DNA of 64,000 nucleotides from Amphiscolops sp. MND2022 (lineage: Eukaryota): NCBI GenBank assembly GCA_964187785.1, contig OZ076413.1, positions 50,284,001 to 50,348,000 of the forward strand, written 5' to 3'. This document shows positions 34,760 through 46,862 of the stretch, piece by piece (position 1 is the stretch's first letter; each line of letters begins with the position of its first letter). Below the pieces are notes generated by a model. The model saw only the letters and a program-made list of their open reading frames with translations, was not told where the DNA came from and ran no database searches. A program made the translations under genes and the position numbers.

Positions 34760-35224
34760 ATGAGTGGTTCATTCCACAAACAAAACCTATTAAACAATTA
34801 TTACCGTGGTCCCGTTAGACAAAGAGGAAGTGGCATTGGTTCTTTAGCCCTCAAAGTTGCACGTCATGCACTACCACTTTTGTCCAAGTACGTGTTGCCC
34901 TCTGCCAAAAGAGTGGGAAAAGATTTTGCTTTGAATTTGTTGCCCGAAGTATTTGATGTTGTCACTGGTCGTGGTGGTGAACCAGCAACATCTTCAAGCA
35001 TTAAAAAGGCAGTAAAGCGTGCAGCGGGAAAAACAGTAAAGAAACAATTGGGCACTGGTGCAGCAAAAAAGAAGAGACGACAACAGTCAGTTGGAAAGAG
35101 TTCCAAGACCAAAAACAGTCGCACAGCAAAAAAGGGGCGCAAAAAATCATCAGGAGGCAAAACAACAACAACGAAAAAGACTCAAAAACGCAAAAAGATT
35201 GACATTTTTCAAAACTTGCCTTGA
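34760..35224 (+). CDS. Lys/Arg-rich putative virion core protein
   Basis: YYRGPVRQRGSGIGSL motif, amphipathic segment and very basic C-terminus; directly upstream of MCP. Confidence 0.7.
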   Translation: MSGSFHKQNLLNNYYRGPVRQRGSGIGSLALKVARHALPLLSKYVLPSAKRVGKDFALNLLPEVFDVVTGRGGEPATSSSIKKAVKRAAGKTVKKQLGTGAAKKKRRQQSVGKSSKTKNSRTAKKGRKKSSGGKTTTTKKTQKRKKIDIFQNLP

Positions 35225-35259
35225 CGGTCAAAAACATTCGTAATATTATTCTCAAAACA

Positions 35260-36558
35260 ATGACGACGACGGCGGCGCACATAATACCTAAACCGGCAAC
35301 CCACTCTAGACTGGACATTTTTTCTAAGCCAGAAGTGCTTGTGTCTTTTGACAATTCTTTTGAACAAGAAACGTTGCCAGTCACTGCACACGATGCACCA
35401 GTTTTTGAGTTTGTACTCACAACCGATCGAAACATTTACTTGGATTTGCAAGGCGTCGAATTAAAGTTGGAGGCAAAAATTGGAAAGGGTGCCAATGGCA
35501 ATACTAATTTGGAGACGGAGTTGGCTGGAGGCAACACTGCAGCTAAAGCAACCGACAAAGTCAGCTTCATCAACAACACTCTACACTCCTTCTTTTCCAA
35601 TTGTGACATTTTAATCAACAAGGAAATTGTACACACGTCCAACAATTTGTATGCACAGAGAGCTTTTGTTGAAACTGAACTGTCCCACACACAGGGCTGT
35701 GCCACAACAAAGCTCATTACGCAAGGCTACAACTTTGAGCCCGCCACCGGTGATATGCTTGCCCACCGAGAAACATGGACCTTAGGCTCCGCTTCAAAGA
35801 CATTTTCTGGAAAACTGGCGGTGGATTTCCTGGCTTGTGATCAAATTCTCATTCACAATTGTTCTATGTGAATTCGACTGACACGTAACAAGCCCGAATA
35901 CTAGCTGCAAAGTGCTGTCAGCAACCCTGCCTTCACCCCAAAAATTGAACGAGTGTCAATTTTTGCTCGTTACTACACTGTTGCAGAAAACTATCACGTC
36001 AATTTACAACGATCTCTACTCAAGTGGCCTGCTAGATACAACTATTTTGAAGTACGCAGCAAGACATTTGTGATTCCAAGGGACCAAAGTCATTTTATTC
36101 GTGAAGACATTTTCAATGCAGAACCCATTAGACGCATGGTACTGGCCATGTGTCCCAACAATCAGTTTACTGGACGTTGGACAGACACTCCGCTCGCATT
36201 CCACAAACACAATTTGAAGAATGTGCGAGTATTGCGGAATGGTGTACCAGTGGTGGAATATAGCACAAGTTCCAACACTCAACTGTACTTTAAGACTATT
36301 CAAAACCTCCATTTTGATCAAGACGGTCCCTTAATCAAGTTGGATAATTATGAAAATCACTACTATCTAGTTTTCGACCTTTCGTCCACACAACAGTGCA
36401 ATCAAGAAATATACTACCCCGAAATTGTGTGAGCACCAATACGGATCGAGCTCGAATTTTCGACCAACACTAGCACGCCTTTGGAACTGTTTGTGCTGGG
36501 AGAACGATTTACAACAGTTCAAATTGATCATACAGGAAAAGTGTTGAAACATGGATAG
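35260..36558 (+). pseudogene. Major capsid protein (double jelly-roll, PY)
   Basis: Single frame with three in-frame stops (35869, 35902, 36430); motifs INNTLHSFFS, EDIFNAEPIRRMVLAM..FTG, NGVP, VFDLS, IELEF. Confidence 0.88.
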
Positions 36559-36990
36559 TGCAGCCTTGCCACAAGTTATTTCCAAAATTCCCGCACCGCA
36601 CTAAAATATCGATACTTGGGTTGCTTCGACCCCAATACTTTCATTTTCCCAATGCTAATAGACACTTTTCAAATTGTAAACACCACTACAGACGTTGAGG
36701 GACATTGGATAACGTGGATCTGCTTATCCAACGGTTTTCACTATTTTGGAGATTCCCTGAAAGCAACAAGTTTGAATCAGTACCCAATATTGTTTACCCG
36801 ACTGCCACCACCACCGCCAGAACGGAAAACGACAACAACAACATTATTTCTACCTTTGAACACTTCAATAAAGCAGGTCGATTCCTTGTGTTGTCTCTAT
36901 TGTATTTATTTTGCATGGAACTTGTCTGATAAAACACCTAAAGTAACGAATGATTTTGAATTGTATCAATTGTTTTGTAATCTTTTATAG
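36551..36990 (+). pseudogene. Adenain/Ulp1-like cysteine protease (virion maturation)
   Basis: IVNT..GHW, YFGDS, Q..SLCCLYCIYF (H-D-Q-C order); frameshift near 36595. Confidence 0.85.
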
Positions 36991-37112
36991 AAAAAAATCT
37001 TTTTAAAGAAAGTTTTTTTTTCAATCAGTAATTGCAGGCACATGTTTTTTGCGAAAATGTAAATTTAAAACTACAAGACCCAAACTGGTAAAGGGAATTA
37101 ATTTCTCGAATC

Positions 37113-37907
37113 TCAATCTATACTATTGAAATTATCCAAACAAACATTTCGATACTGCAAATTGGAAAAAGATCGGTTGTCGTAAGGGTATATGACAATC
37201 AAATCCTCATTTTTCGTTCGTTGACGAAATGTGAAGGCACGTAAAAGTTGGTTCTTCACATTGCCCACGTTACTAAACTCTACAATATCACTGTATACAA
37301 AAATTGTGTGAAAACGTGCGATATCACAAGGGTAGGGAGCAATGATTTGGTTGGCTTCACAGTACACAGCATCCGTTCCCAATCCCAAGATTTGAGCCAA
37401 GTCATCACTTTGAATTTTGAAGTATACACGGCTCTGTCCTTCTGTAGTTCCTTCCAACGTGAATGAAAGATTCAAAGTTTCCTCGTTGTAAGCAAAGGTC
37501 ATTGTCCTCTCCATGTTTGTAAAAGTAGCAATTTGAGAATTCATTGCGTCAATAATTTGACCAATTTCTGTGTAACAACCCTTTGGAGTGTTAAAAGTAC
37601 GATAGTGATTCAAAAAGGGCACATCTGGATAACTATTTATGAGTTCCTTGCTGACAGTATCAGGTTTGTTTACAACAACACGATATCGTTGGAGAGTCGG
37701 TGTAGGAGCATAGCCTAGTGTGAATTCACCGTCGGTGACATTGTATACTCGGTTTGGGAACGAAATGTCCGTCAGTGCAACTTCCCATTCACTGCCTCTG
37801 CCCAAATTGATTGGATTTGACATCAAGTTTGAGAAAATTGCCAGAGTATTATTTGGATAAATGTCGAAACTTGCATTAGACAATAGATCAATATAAAAGG
37901 AAGTCAT
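37113..37907 (-). CDS. Minor capsid protein (penton, PX), C-terminus disrupted
   Basis: FYIDLLSNASFDIYPNNT, WEVALTDISFP, IFVYSDIVE..VG..LLR. Confidence 0.85.
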   Translation of the reverse strand: MTSFYIDLLSNASFDIYPNNTLAIFSNLMSNPINLGRGSEWEVALTDISFPNRVYNVTDGEFTLGYAPTPTLQRYRVVVNKPDTVSKELINSYPDVPFLNHYRTFNTPKGCYTEIGQIIDAMNSQIATFTNMERTMTFAYNEETLNLSFTLEGTTEGQSRVYFKIQSDDLAQILGLGTDAVYCEANQIIAPYPCDIARFHTIFVYSDIVEFSNVGNVKNQLLRAFTFRQRTKNEDLIVIYPYDNRSFSNLQYRNVCLDNFNSID

Positions 37908-37965
37908 TTTTTAGGGAACTGGATAGGAAACACAGAATTTGACTGAATGAGAGTCACTCACTCAT

Positions 37966-38508
37966 TCATTCATCTTCACTGCTGCTGCTGGAGCCAATCA
38001 TCAGCTTTACCCTCTTTAGTTTTTTCTTTTTTGGTTGGCGACAACATTTTTCGTCGTCGTCGACATCCGCCGATGCTCTAGTTTCTGCGTTGCTATCTGT
38101 ATTATCGGATATCGACCAATAAGATCGTAAAGATTCATCGTATTCTTGTGTTCCCAACTGATTCTCCGTAATGGGCACTAGCGTGTTTTCCAAACGATTG
38201 AACTCTCTTCTCACTTCCAGACTCAAACAACCTGGTTGTGTGCACTCCATTTCCTTCCAGTCATACGTTTCCAACATCAAATCAACAGAGTATTGACGGG
38301 GCAGTTGTGGCGGACTAGGAGCTGTCAAGTCGAAAATACTTTGGTCGTCAGTGTCACTTTCTCCTTGCTCGTCGTCGTCGTCGTTCGATCTGAGCATTTT
38401 TTTTGCCGTATCAACTGTAACTTGAGCACTAATTAGGTGCAATAAATGTAGCGGTAGGAGAAAAGACTCAACAATTTTCCATTCATCATTTGTTGCTGAG
38501 TTTTTCAC
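37966..38508 (-). CDS. Acidic protein with C-terminal NLS, unknown function
   Basis: 180-codon ORF with D/E tracts, PKKKKLKR and a SSSSSEDE end; true start uncertain. Confidence 0.5.
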   Translation of the reverse strand: MKNSATNDEWKIVESFLLPLHLLHLISAQVTVDTAKKMLRSNDDDDEQGESDTDDQSIFDLTAPSPPQLPRQYSVDLMLETYDWKEMECTQPGCLSLEVRREFNRLENTLVPITENQLGTQEYDESLRSYWSISDNTDSNAETRASADVDDDEKCCRQPKKKKLKRVKLMIGSSSSSEDE

Positions 38509-39830
38509 TTAATTTATTAGGATTGCCGACGCTCCGAAATGTGTCTTGTAGGCAAGTATACGTTCGACGTCATTACGTTGTGTGAATATGTAAATCATTG
38601 TTTGCAACAACAACAAAATTATTCTGAAAACAAAAATGTTAAACTACTGCAGGAAAAACAATCATTTTGACTGTTGAAGGAGCTTCAGCAGTGACCAACA
38701 GAGTGGATGAGAGCCGCTTGCTTGAAGCGTGTTTTCAATTGATGGGAAAAAAGTTTATAAAAATTATACATTCTAATGCAAAAATTTTTCGCAGTGTGGA
38801 AAAAGGGCAGAATTTGCTGTTATGTTGATCATTGTGAATCTGCTATAGTTGTCGGGTGGTAAACAAGAGCTACTCTAACTGCTATTCTCAGTCAATAAAG
38901 ATGAAAACAAAAAAAACATTTTGAAAAAAAAATTCACATGAAAATATTGAGTGAACCCTAGACATGGGCACATCAAATTCGTCTAATTTTTCGTCCCAAA
39001 TCTAAATTTTGCATCAAAACGGCGTTTCTTGGAAAACTGGAGTTTTTCAAAAACTTTGCCCCATGGGGGGATTTTTGCCCTTTCGGAAAATAATTTTTCA
39101 AGAGGGTTTTTTCGTCTTTCCAATGATATATATGACGATGGGTGTTCATGATAGTCATTGACAAGTGAAATTTCGAGTTTTAAAATTGAAAAAAAAAATG
39201 ACTGAAACTAAGTTTTTCCGTGAGTCAAGACCATGTAATCATGTTTAAATTTTAATTCCAACCAGAATATGTCAATAAAAGCGCATTTCAGAATTTTTCA
39301 TTTTTCTCCATGATAAGGGGTTGTTGACGTTCCAGTTTTAACGTTAAACAAAGTAGTAATTGATTATGTACAAAACTAGATTCAAATCCAAAAAGTGAGT
39401 CTTTAAGATGTTAGTGTTAAATGAAGAAAACTACAACTTAGCTATTAGTTGTTTTTTGGAGACGCCAATTGAAGAACATCGAGCAAAGTTCGTTCCAAAA
39501 ACGGCTCAGTGTAGTGAAATTGGTCAGTCATGTCGACACCTCTGGTACGCATCTTGTGCACGTTCAAAGATTTGCACTTTTCGAGCTGTTTCTGCAAAAC
39601 TTTATCGACCCTTTTTTTGTTCGAATTGGGAAGAAGTTGATTACGTCTCGCCAGACCAATCACTAGTTTGACACCTTTCGTTTTGCAAACTCTGTTCCAG
39701 AGCATTAGTTTTTCCGTAAGGTCTTTAGGTGACAGTGTTGAAACACTATTGTTCCCTTAAACACATTGTTTCCCAATCAACTATCTTTTTTTAATCGCAA
39801 AAAAACTCAATTTTGTTGCTACGGGGCACC

Positions 39831-39877
39831 AGGGTTAGGGTTAGGGTTAGGGTTAGGGTTAGTGTTAGGGTTAGGGT
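39831..39877 (+). repeat. Interstitial telomeric repeat (TTAGGG)7, one unit TTAGTG
   Basis: Read directly from the sequence. Confidence 0.95.
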
Positions 39878-41671
39878 CGAAAAAAAACAAAAGAGTACAA
39901 CTAACTTGGTGGCATTGTGAGCGAATTGTAGAGAATGTCGGGAAAGATAAAGACGAACTGACACCCTGGTCGAGAAAGGGCTCGAAATAACAAGGAGTCA
40001 AGTGTAGGTTTTGAAAAGTTTTGTTTAGAAGAGGAGGAGGAGTATTCATGACGACCGCCACTTTCGGCGAGAATTTGAATATGTTTATAATGAGATGAAT
40101 CCTTAATGATTCTACAAAGATTTGAAGCACCAATAACAATCGCGTGCTTTTTCTCCATAAAACCTGAAAAATGGATAAGGAGGTTAGTTTTTCGATTGAC
40201 AACAGAAAATTCATGATGACGAAACGAAACGTGCAAGCACAGATTCAAAAAAAGGCTAAAAGCATGCAAACATTCAATTAAAAATTATTTACAGTAATGA
40301 TTATAGGAGTTACTTACAAGTTTTTTGAGGGCCTGGAGGATACCCGCATCAAGGGTACCCATCCTCCAGGCCCGCAAACACGCGTACACCAGGCCGTGCT
40401 GGTGTTTGCGTATTTGCCAAAAGGCAAACACATCCAACACGGGCTGATTTCTGGCTCCCTCTATGTAAGCCTGGATCCCCTGCAGCAGAAAAAGTGTGAA
40501 CGGTCATTTTTGAGACAAAACTTCAACGGTAAAAAGCTCTGAAAATCATAGAATAAAACATACCTCATCACCGCAAATCATTCTCAAAGTGTCATATGTG
40601 TCGTTTGACACCTCAGCTAGACATGAGGACCTGCTCTTTTTGTTCGTTATACCCCACGAAAAGTGGTCCAACAAGTCCAGTTCGGACCAATCGAGCATTT
40701 TTTGTATGATTTAAAGAAATTAAAAAAGGAATAGACTAAGTTTTGTATACTTTGAGCAAGGAATGAAATTAGCTAGCTCGTCAGGCTCAACCCTTTTTTC
40801 AACACTCCAAGCACCTCCTTTGGTTTTTATCCAGTTTCACTTTTATCTGGGAAACATCAAAGATTTCAACCCAGACACAATTTCCATATCTAATCATTTG
40901 GAAACTCGGATGAATAACCATTTTCACTTTTTAGGGCTCGTAAGACCCGGATCAAAGGCTCCGCTATCTTTTGAACCAGTTTTCAAAGTGTTGCAGGGTC
41001 CACCTTAATTCCTTTGAAATTTGGAACCCACCAAATTTGAGTTGCCAAGTGATGAATCAAAGAACAGACCGACACTCTGTTAATTGGCATTGTTTTTTTT
41101 CAGTTATAATTAACAAAAAAATGTTTCCTTCACAATTCCAAAACAACTTAGAAGGCATTTTGATTGCCTTTTTTTCAAAAATTTAGCATTTTTTCAGACA
41201 TTTTAGGTCATTTTTTCCTTTTACAGAATGTGAAAATTCGGTGTAAAAAGAAGCTGGGATGATTTCCATATGCTTGCTGGATTAGGTAATGATTGTTTCC
41301 TTTACGCCAATGAAGGCAATATCAGGGAAATTTGTTCCACAGTAATCACGCTTCAAAAGAAAGGTAATATAATCTAAGAGCACATTCATTTCAAAGTTGC
41401 TAGATTAAAAGACTTTTTATTGATTCCATTTCCTTTCATCCCATCTGCGTTCCATTTCCTTTCCTAACAAACCACTCCTTCCATTTTTATTACTTTCCAG
41501 CACGCCAAGGTAAGGAACTTTCCTTTCATTGCCTGAAATACGAACAAAAAATTATCGGGCCTGTTTTTTTTTGTTTTCGGATTTTGTTCGGCTCTCGATG
41601 AGTATTTTCATGTTCGGATACGTCATGTTCGTATCGCAAGTATTACGTAACGTTTCAGAAAGTTTTGTTGT

Positions 41672-41737
41672 CCATATTTGGTTACTCACTCAACCCCCCC
41701 GCCCCCCCCACCGCGAATGCCGCGTACATCTACTGCT
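41672..41737 (-). repeat. Right terminal inverted repeat (core)
   Basis: Reverse complement of 23663-23724, followed by the TSD GCAGTT. Confidence 0.95.
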
Positions 41738-42311
41738 GCAGTTAGTATCGCTATTACTCAATCAAAATGATATGGCGTCATGCACACAAATGCCGCGATA
41801 AAAATCAATTTACGTCGTTGTTATGTCAATCAGTAATGGTATGGCGAATAAAACGTCAACGCTACGTCAAAACCCAGAATGGGACCAATCAGCCAGTTTC
41901 TCAATGCTTGGTTTATATCGTCAAGAATCACTGAATCACGTAAACATTGCATCACACTAGAACCTAAAAGAAAACTACCAACATGGTTATGAAAAAGTGA
42001 GAACCGAATCTAGTAGCTTTTGATTTCTATTCGTGTAATCGTAAAAACCACATCAGCGTGGTGCGTTTTAATTTTTCCTCTATCAGATATCATGGATTTT
42101 CGTCATCAATCAAGTGCCGTGTGTATCATCATGTTGGGGGAGAAGACACACACCCGTGGTCTGCAACGGAAGTAGGGAACCCCACACCAGCCACTATACC
42201 AGTAGACCAGTACCAAAACAAAACAACCAACAAACTACTCAAACCAGCCACTATGTAGTCGACCGGTAGAATTTTTTAAAGCTGCTATGATATACAGGTA
42301 AAAAAATTAGG

Positions 42312-44385
42312 CTATATGTAATAAATTTCTTCGAACGCATCTCTGTCGCTCACAGTTCCTAGAACATAGGCCGCGTTGCCGATCTGAAGAGCCATTGAAA
42401 TCCGTTGCTTCAAAAAGCTGCCAGCTCGTTGATCGTTGTGCGAACGACAGAGCATTTTACAGAGACGCGTGATGAAAATTTCACTGCTCTCGCCTAAAGA
42501 ACCCTGTACTTCCAAGGCCACCGGCTCAAAAATGTATCCATTGTCTATTAATTCGCGATACTTCTCAATTTTACGCGCTTCAGCCTCGGTGGCGGTGGTT
42601 CCCGGGTTGAATAAAGAGCCTTGATTCAGGCGACTGGGTGCAAGAGCATCCACAACCGTGACATCCCACACCAGCTGTTTACCCGTTTCCCAAGGAATCA
42701 TGGTACCACCGTCTGGGCGTTTGCCATCAGTTCGGTACAGTCCACGTGGTTCGAGCCTTGAAGGCAAGTCGAGAGATCCCAACGTCTGTTTTATGAGAGA
42801 ACTGAGAGTAGCATGACCTGAGAAGCGACCAGCACTCTTGGTACAAGAAAGACCGTGTAAACCGTCCCGTTCAACTCTTTTACCACAGTGGCACGTATGC
42901 GCAACGCAGATGTTGGCACCGAGACGCAAACCAATTGAAATTCGAAATTGCTGACCATCAAGTTTCAGGCCTAGGTCCTTGCAAGGAACGACGTTCAGCC
43001 ATTGAGACCCGAATTTGCCTTGATGAGCGTTAAAAACTTTCGAGCGTTTGTCATCCATTCGAGAAATCAAATCTTGAGCAGTTTTGATGTAGATAGGTTG
43101 TGTCCAATTTTTCTGAGTTCCATCGAGAGGACTTTTCTGTTCATTCGTCAAACTTCTCGAGCGCTTTAGTAAACGAAACATCTTCGATTGTTTCCGAAAA
43201 AGTCGTCGTGAGAAAGTCACTCGCACCAAAAGCTGAGGCCAGAAAGCTGGGAAGTGCTAATAATGATGCGGATGAAACCCCAAGACCACCCATCTCAACA
43301 GGCAGAGCCAGCTGAGTACTCGAAAGATCGTCGAAGTTCACGTTACACACTTTGGAAAGCCCGTCGCGCACGGTTTTGTCATATTTCTCCAAGAGAGCTG
43401 GATGATTAAAACATGTACTGGTTCTCAGGAAGTACAACAACTTTGGCAAACTGAAGCAATTTTTCAACATGGAAAAAACCATAGTGCGCATCTAGTTTTT
43501 CAACAATCCCGTTAACTTTTTCTGGATCATTAATTTACCTTTATAATAAGTCTGCTTGTGATTTCGGGCCGAGCGGTGAACCAAGAATGATGAGTTCCTC
43601 TTTCTTTGGTGTTTTGATCCCGGGGCAAAGTTTTTGGAAAGAAGCTAAAATTGTCGATCGTCATTTTCCAGTGATGTCACCAGGGAAAAAAATTTCACAA
43701 TTCGTGGGTTTAATTTTGAGTCCAAGCGTTCTTCCGCTTTAACAATTTTTTTGAGATCTTTCAAAACGGTTCGGTATTCATCACTCAAATTTCCATCGTC
43801 AAGGTACCATAAGTTTATTTTCAACTCCAAACTGTCAATCAGATCCTGAATGGACTCTGAAAACAAAGCTGGAGACTCAGGATCTCCTTGCTGGGTCCCT
43901 TCACAAGATTTGTTTACTGAATCACCGTAAAAAAAGAAAACTTGGCTTACTGTACGGCGAGTGTGAATACTTATAAACTTCAGGGTGTATTTCAAAATTT
44001 TTCTCTAGCATAAATTGCCGATTTATTGAATTTAAAGCGTTTTCAAAGTCAATTTTTTAAAAAAAGTTTCCTTTGGGTGAGGGCTTTCTATCAAACAACG
44101 GAAAACATGTGAGGTCAATTCAGCGCCCCTTTTGATGCCTACACCTATTTGTCGATTCCCATATCTTGCTTGACGTGATTCGAAGACATGGTATCCGGCA
44201 CATTTTGCGGGCAATCGGCGGAAAGTATTGCCTACAGCGATAGGACGAAGTCCTCCATTGGGCTTTTTTAGCGCAATTAGTTTCGCACCAAAGAAGTACG
44301 GCCCAAGTTCGAAAGGTACTTTTCCTTCAAGAATCACATTCACAAGATTTGTTAAGGCTCAGAGAAAATTCAGTCCAGTTTGCGC
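42312..44385 (-). mobile_element. 5'-truncated, frameshifted non-LTR retrotransposon of CRE-like type (RT + CCHC + REL endonuclease)
   Basis: LRPIAVGNTFRRL, QIGVG..GAE, GTQQGDP, WYLDDG, GGLG, CHC..HGLSC, RPDG..WDVTV, PVALE..G. Confidence 0.9.
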
Positions 44386-44585
44386 TTTAATAATGTTTTT
44401 TTTCAAAAAAAATCTGATGTTGTATCAATTTGTGACGTCATTCCAACTGTAGTTTTTTAAATCCAGATGTTGGATTACAATTTTTCACTTTTCCTAGCCT
44501 GTTGTCATCCTTTTTCCGCGCGGTTCGCGCGCTTCCTTGTCTAAATTTTTACTGAAAGCATAATTTTTCACGATGCTACATTCTA

Positions 44586-45258
44586 CCCTGGTGGAGAATA
44601 ACTGCATACCTTGCAAGGTCCTTGCGAAAAACACATTCTTTGCTAGATGCTTTCCAAGCAAGATTCTTTTATTCAAGATACTTCATACAAAGAAATTTTG
44701 AAAACGCAGTCGTGATTTGAGGAGTATAATGTCGAAAAGGTTAATAACTATTATTTCAATAGGGCAATTTAACAATTTGAAGTTTATTTCAATCAATAAA
44801 TTATGCACGACCTACTTTGAATTCATTAACCGTTACATAACACTAGTGATCTGAAAATATTTTAAAACACTTAGAAACTGTATTTTAAATAGTCCACCAC
44901 TATATTGCCTTCTTCTATTAACCATTTTCTTAACTTCACTAAGATCACATTTTTCGAGACAATTTCTAGAGTTTGCATCTTTTGGTAGTTGAATCCTCGA
45001 GTAAATAAACGCAGTTTGGGCCGTTAATCTGATAGTAACGATGTAGTAGTCAACTTGAAGCTTTAATGATCAATGAAGATGAACAATAAATATGTCAAGA
45101 ACATTTCACGAAATTTTCCTCCTTGAAAGAATTTTACAAGGACTTTTTTTTTTGCAAGGTACTCGCAAGATGTCTCGCAGAAAAATGCTTTAACTTGCAA
45201 GTTCTTGCAAGAATATCTTGCAAGATCCTCGTACGGAATGCATTTTTTCCAACCAGGG
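44586..45258. mobile_element. MITE / non-autonomous DNA transposon
   Basis: TA-CCCTGGTGGA...TCCAACCAGGG-TA termini; subterminal CTTGCAAG-type palindromes at both ends. Confidence 0.6.
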
Positions 45259-46862
45259 TACCGACTCACATTTTGCCGCGTCTTGAATATCACATCGTGA
45301 CTATTGCACAATAGAGAAAAATCAATTTCGGGTTTGTGAGTTGACTAACCAACGCAAGGCTGAAATAACAATAAATAGTCGATAAAAAGGCATTGCTTGG
45401 CTTGAAAGAATTTGAAAACTTTGTGGAAAATTTGAGACAGGTTAGAATCGGTTGAAAAATGTCGCGAAATTCTCCGAAAAAATTTTGAAGTGAAAAGTTA
45501 TGAAGAAAAAAGTGATAGAGATGATGCTACGAGGTACAAAATTTATTTACTGCAATCCTTTTCTGTTGTCACGAAGAATAGTTTAATCTTACTCTTTTGC
45601 ATAAAGAATTCTTCCTCAGGAGAAACTTCGATTTTCAACTTGAAATGTTGACAAGAACCCTAGACAACAGGCTTTTTTGCGTGCAAAGAGTTGACCATTT
45701 CGTTTATTCGGCACTGCGCGACTGTTTCTGGAATTCCTTCACTCCACAAAAGCGTTAATTCTACGCACAAACGGTTTACAGTACGTCGCCTATTGATGTT
45801 TTGAATAATATCACCATCAAGGTTAGTCTTAGACGTTTCAACTTCAATTTGGTGACAAAATTATTTTCACTCGAAAAACAAATCTCCAATTTTTATTTTG
45901 AATAGAGGATACGCTCCTGATAGCCCTGATGAAAATGTTCATGCATTCATGCTCATGTCTAGGAGGGCATGCATGAGTACTAGGCATCAAGTATTCCTGT
46001 GTTCATTTAATTATGAAAAATTTAATTTTAAGGAAAATCTTTAATATACAACCTCATGTATCCAGACCACAACTTGATATCCCTTCCCTAGTTGAAGCTG
46101 CCGGAAAGTTTTCCATGTTGCATCCATGCAAGCATTCTAAATTTTTGATAAACATAGAAAATACTCAGGGCAGGCATGGAGAAATTTCATAGGATTACAA
46201 GGCAGCTTCCACTATTTCAATTAAAACTGAAAACATTTCCACTTCTTCAACGCCGCGATCATTTTGTTTTCACGCGTAAGTTTCTCATGTAAGTACCTTA
46301 TGTGATCACCGTTAATCAAATAGCACGCTGAATATGACGCTACTTTGAAACTTATAATGTGACTGAAGTTTGTTTGCATTGAAAGCGCGGCAAAATTGAT
46401 GAAGGTCTTAGTTGCTTTTAAAATTAGAGCCGCTGCTTGATGAAACCTGCAAAACGTCGCGGCTGGCAATTGCCGCCAATTTTAGGATGCATCTTTAAGG
46501 CAGCTTGATAAAAGTAAATTGAACGAGTGAAATTTTGATGCATGGAAGTCTCCTTGAGAATTTTATAAAATCATGAAAAATTAGCCTGGTAACCTACAGA
46601 AACTTGTAAAAAGTTCAAGCAGTTTCAACCAGGGTTGGGATTCCACACATGAAATTATGACATTGACATATTTCAAAAACTTCTACTCGAGAAAATTTTG
46701 TCAGTGATCGATCTGAGACGTTTCAAGCAATCCCAGTTTTGTTCGTGGCCTTAGGTAACCTTAACAACCAGATAAACTTTGAGATGGTTTGCTATTGTTG
46801 GCCTGAGTACCCGTTTTGACCAATTATGCAAGTCGTAGTTCGATCGTGATGATCTTACTTAA

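Larger units (their letters stand above)
23663..41737. mobile_element. Polinton/Maverick (adintovirus-like endogenous dsDNA virus), full length
   Basis: TIRs begin AGTAGTAG and end CTACTGCT; 6-bp TSD GCAGTT at 23657-23662 and 41738-41743; pPolB, ATPase, integrase, MCP, protease and mCP are all present. Confidence 0.97.

Noticed and set aside
35869..36432. In-frame TGA/TAG in MCP as possible recoding or alternative genetic code
   Set aside because: Mixed stop types, each one substitution from a plausible sense codon, and neighbouring genes have frameshifts; ordinary decay fits better.
39408..41186. Small ORFs in the Polinton right arm, including a stop-interrupted minus frame at ~40790-41090
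   Set aside because: No motifs; they may be decayed accessory genes but are unsupported. The GLGLG/PNPNP ORFs are artefacts of the TTAGGG array.
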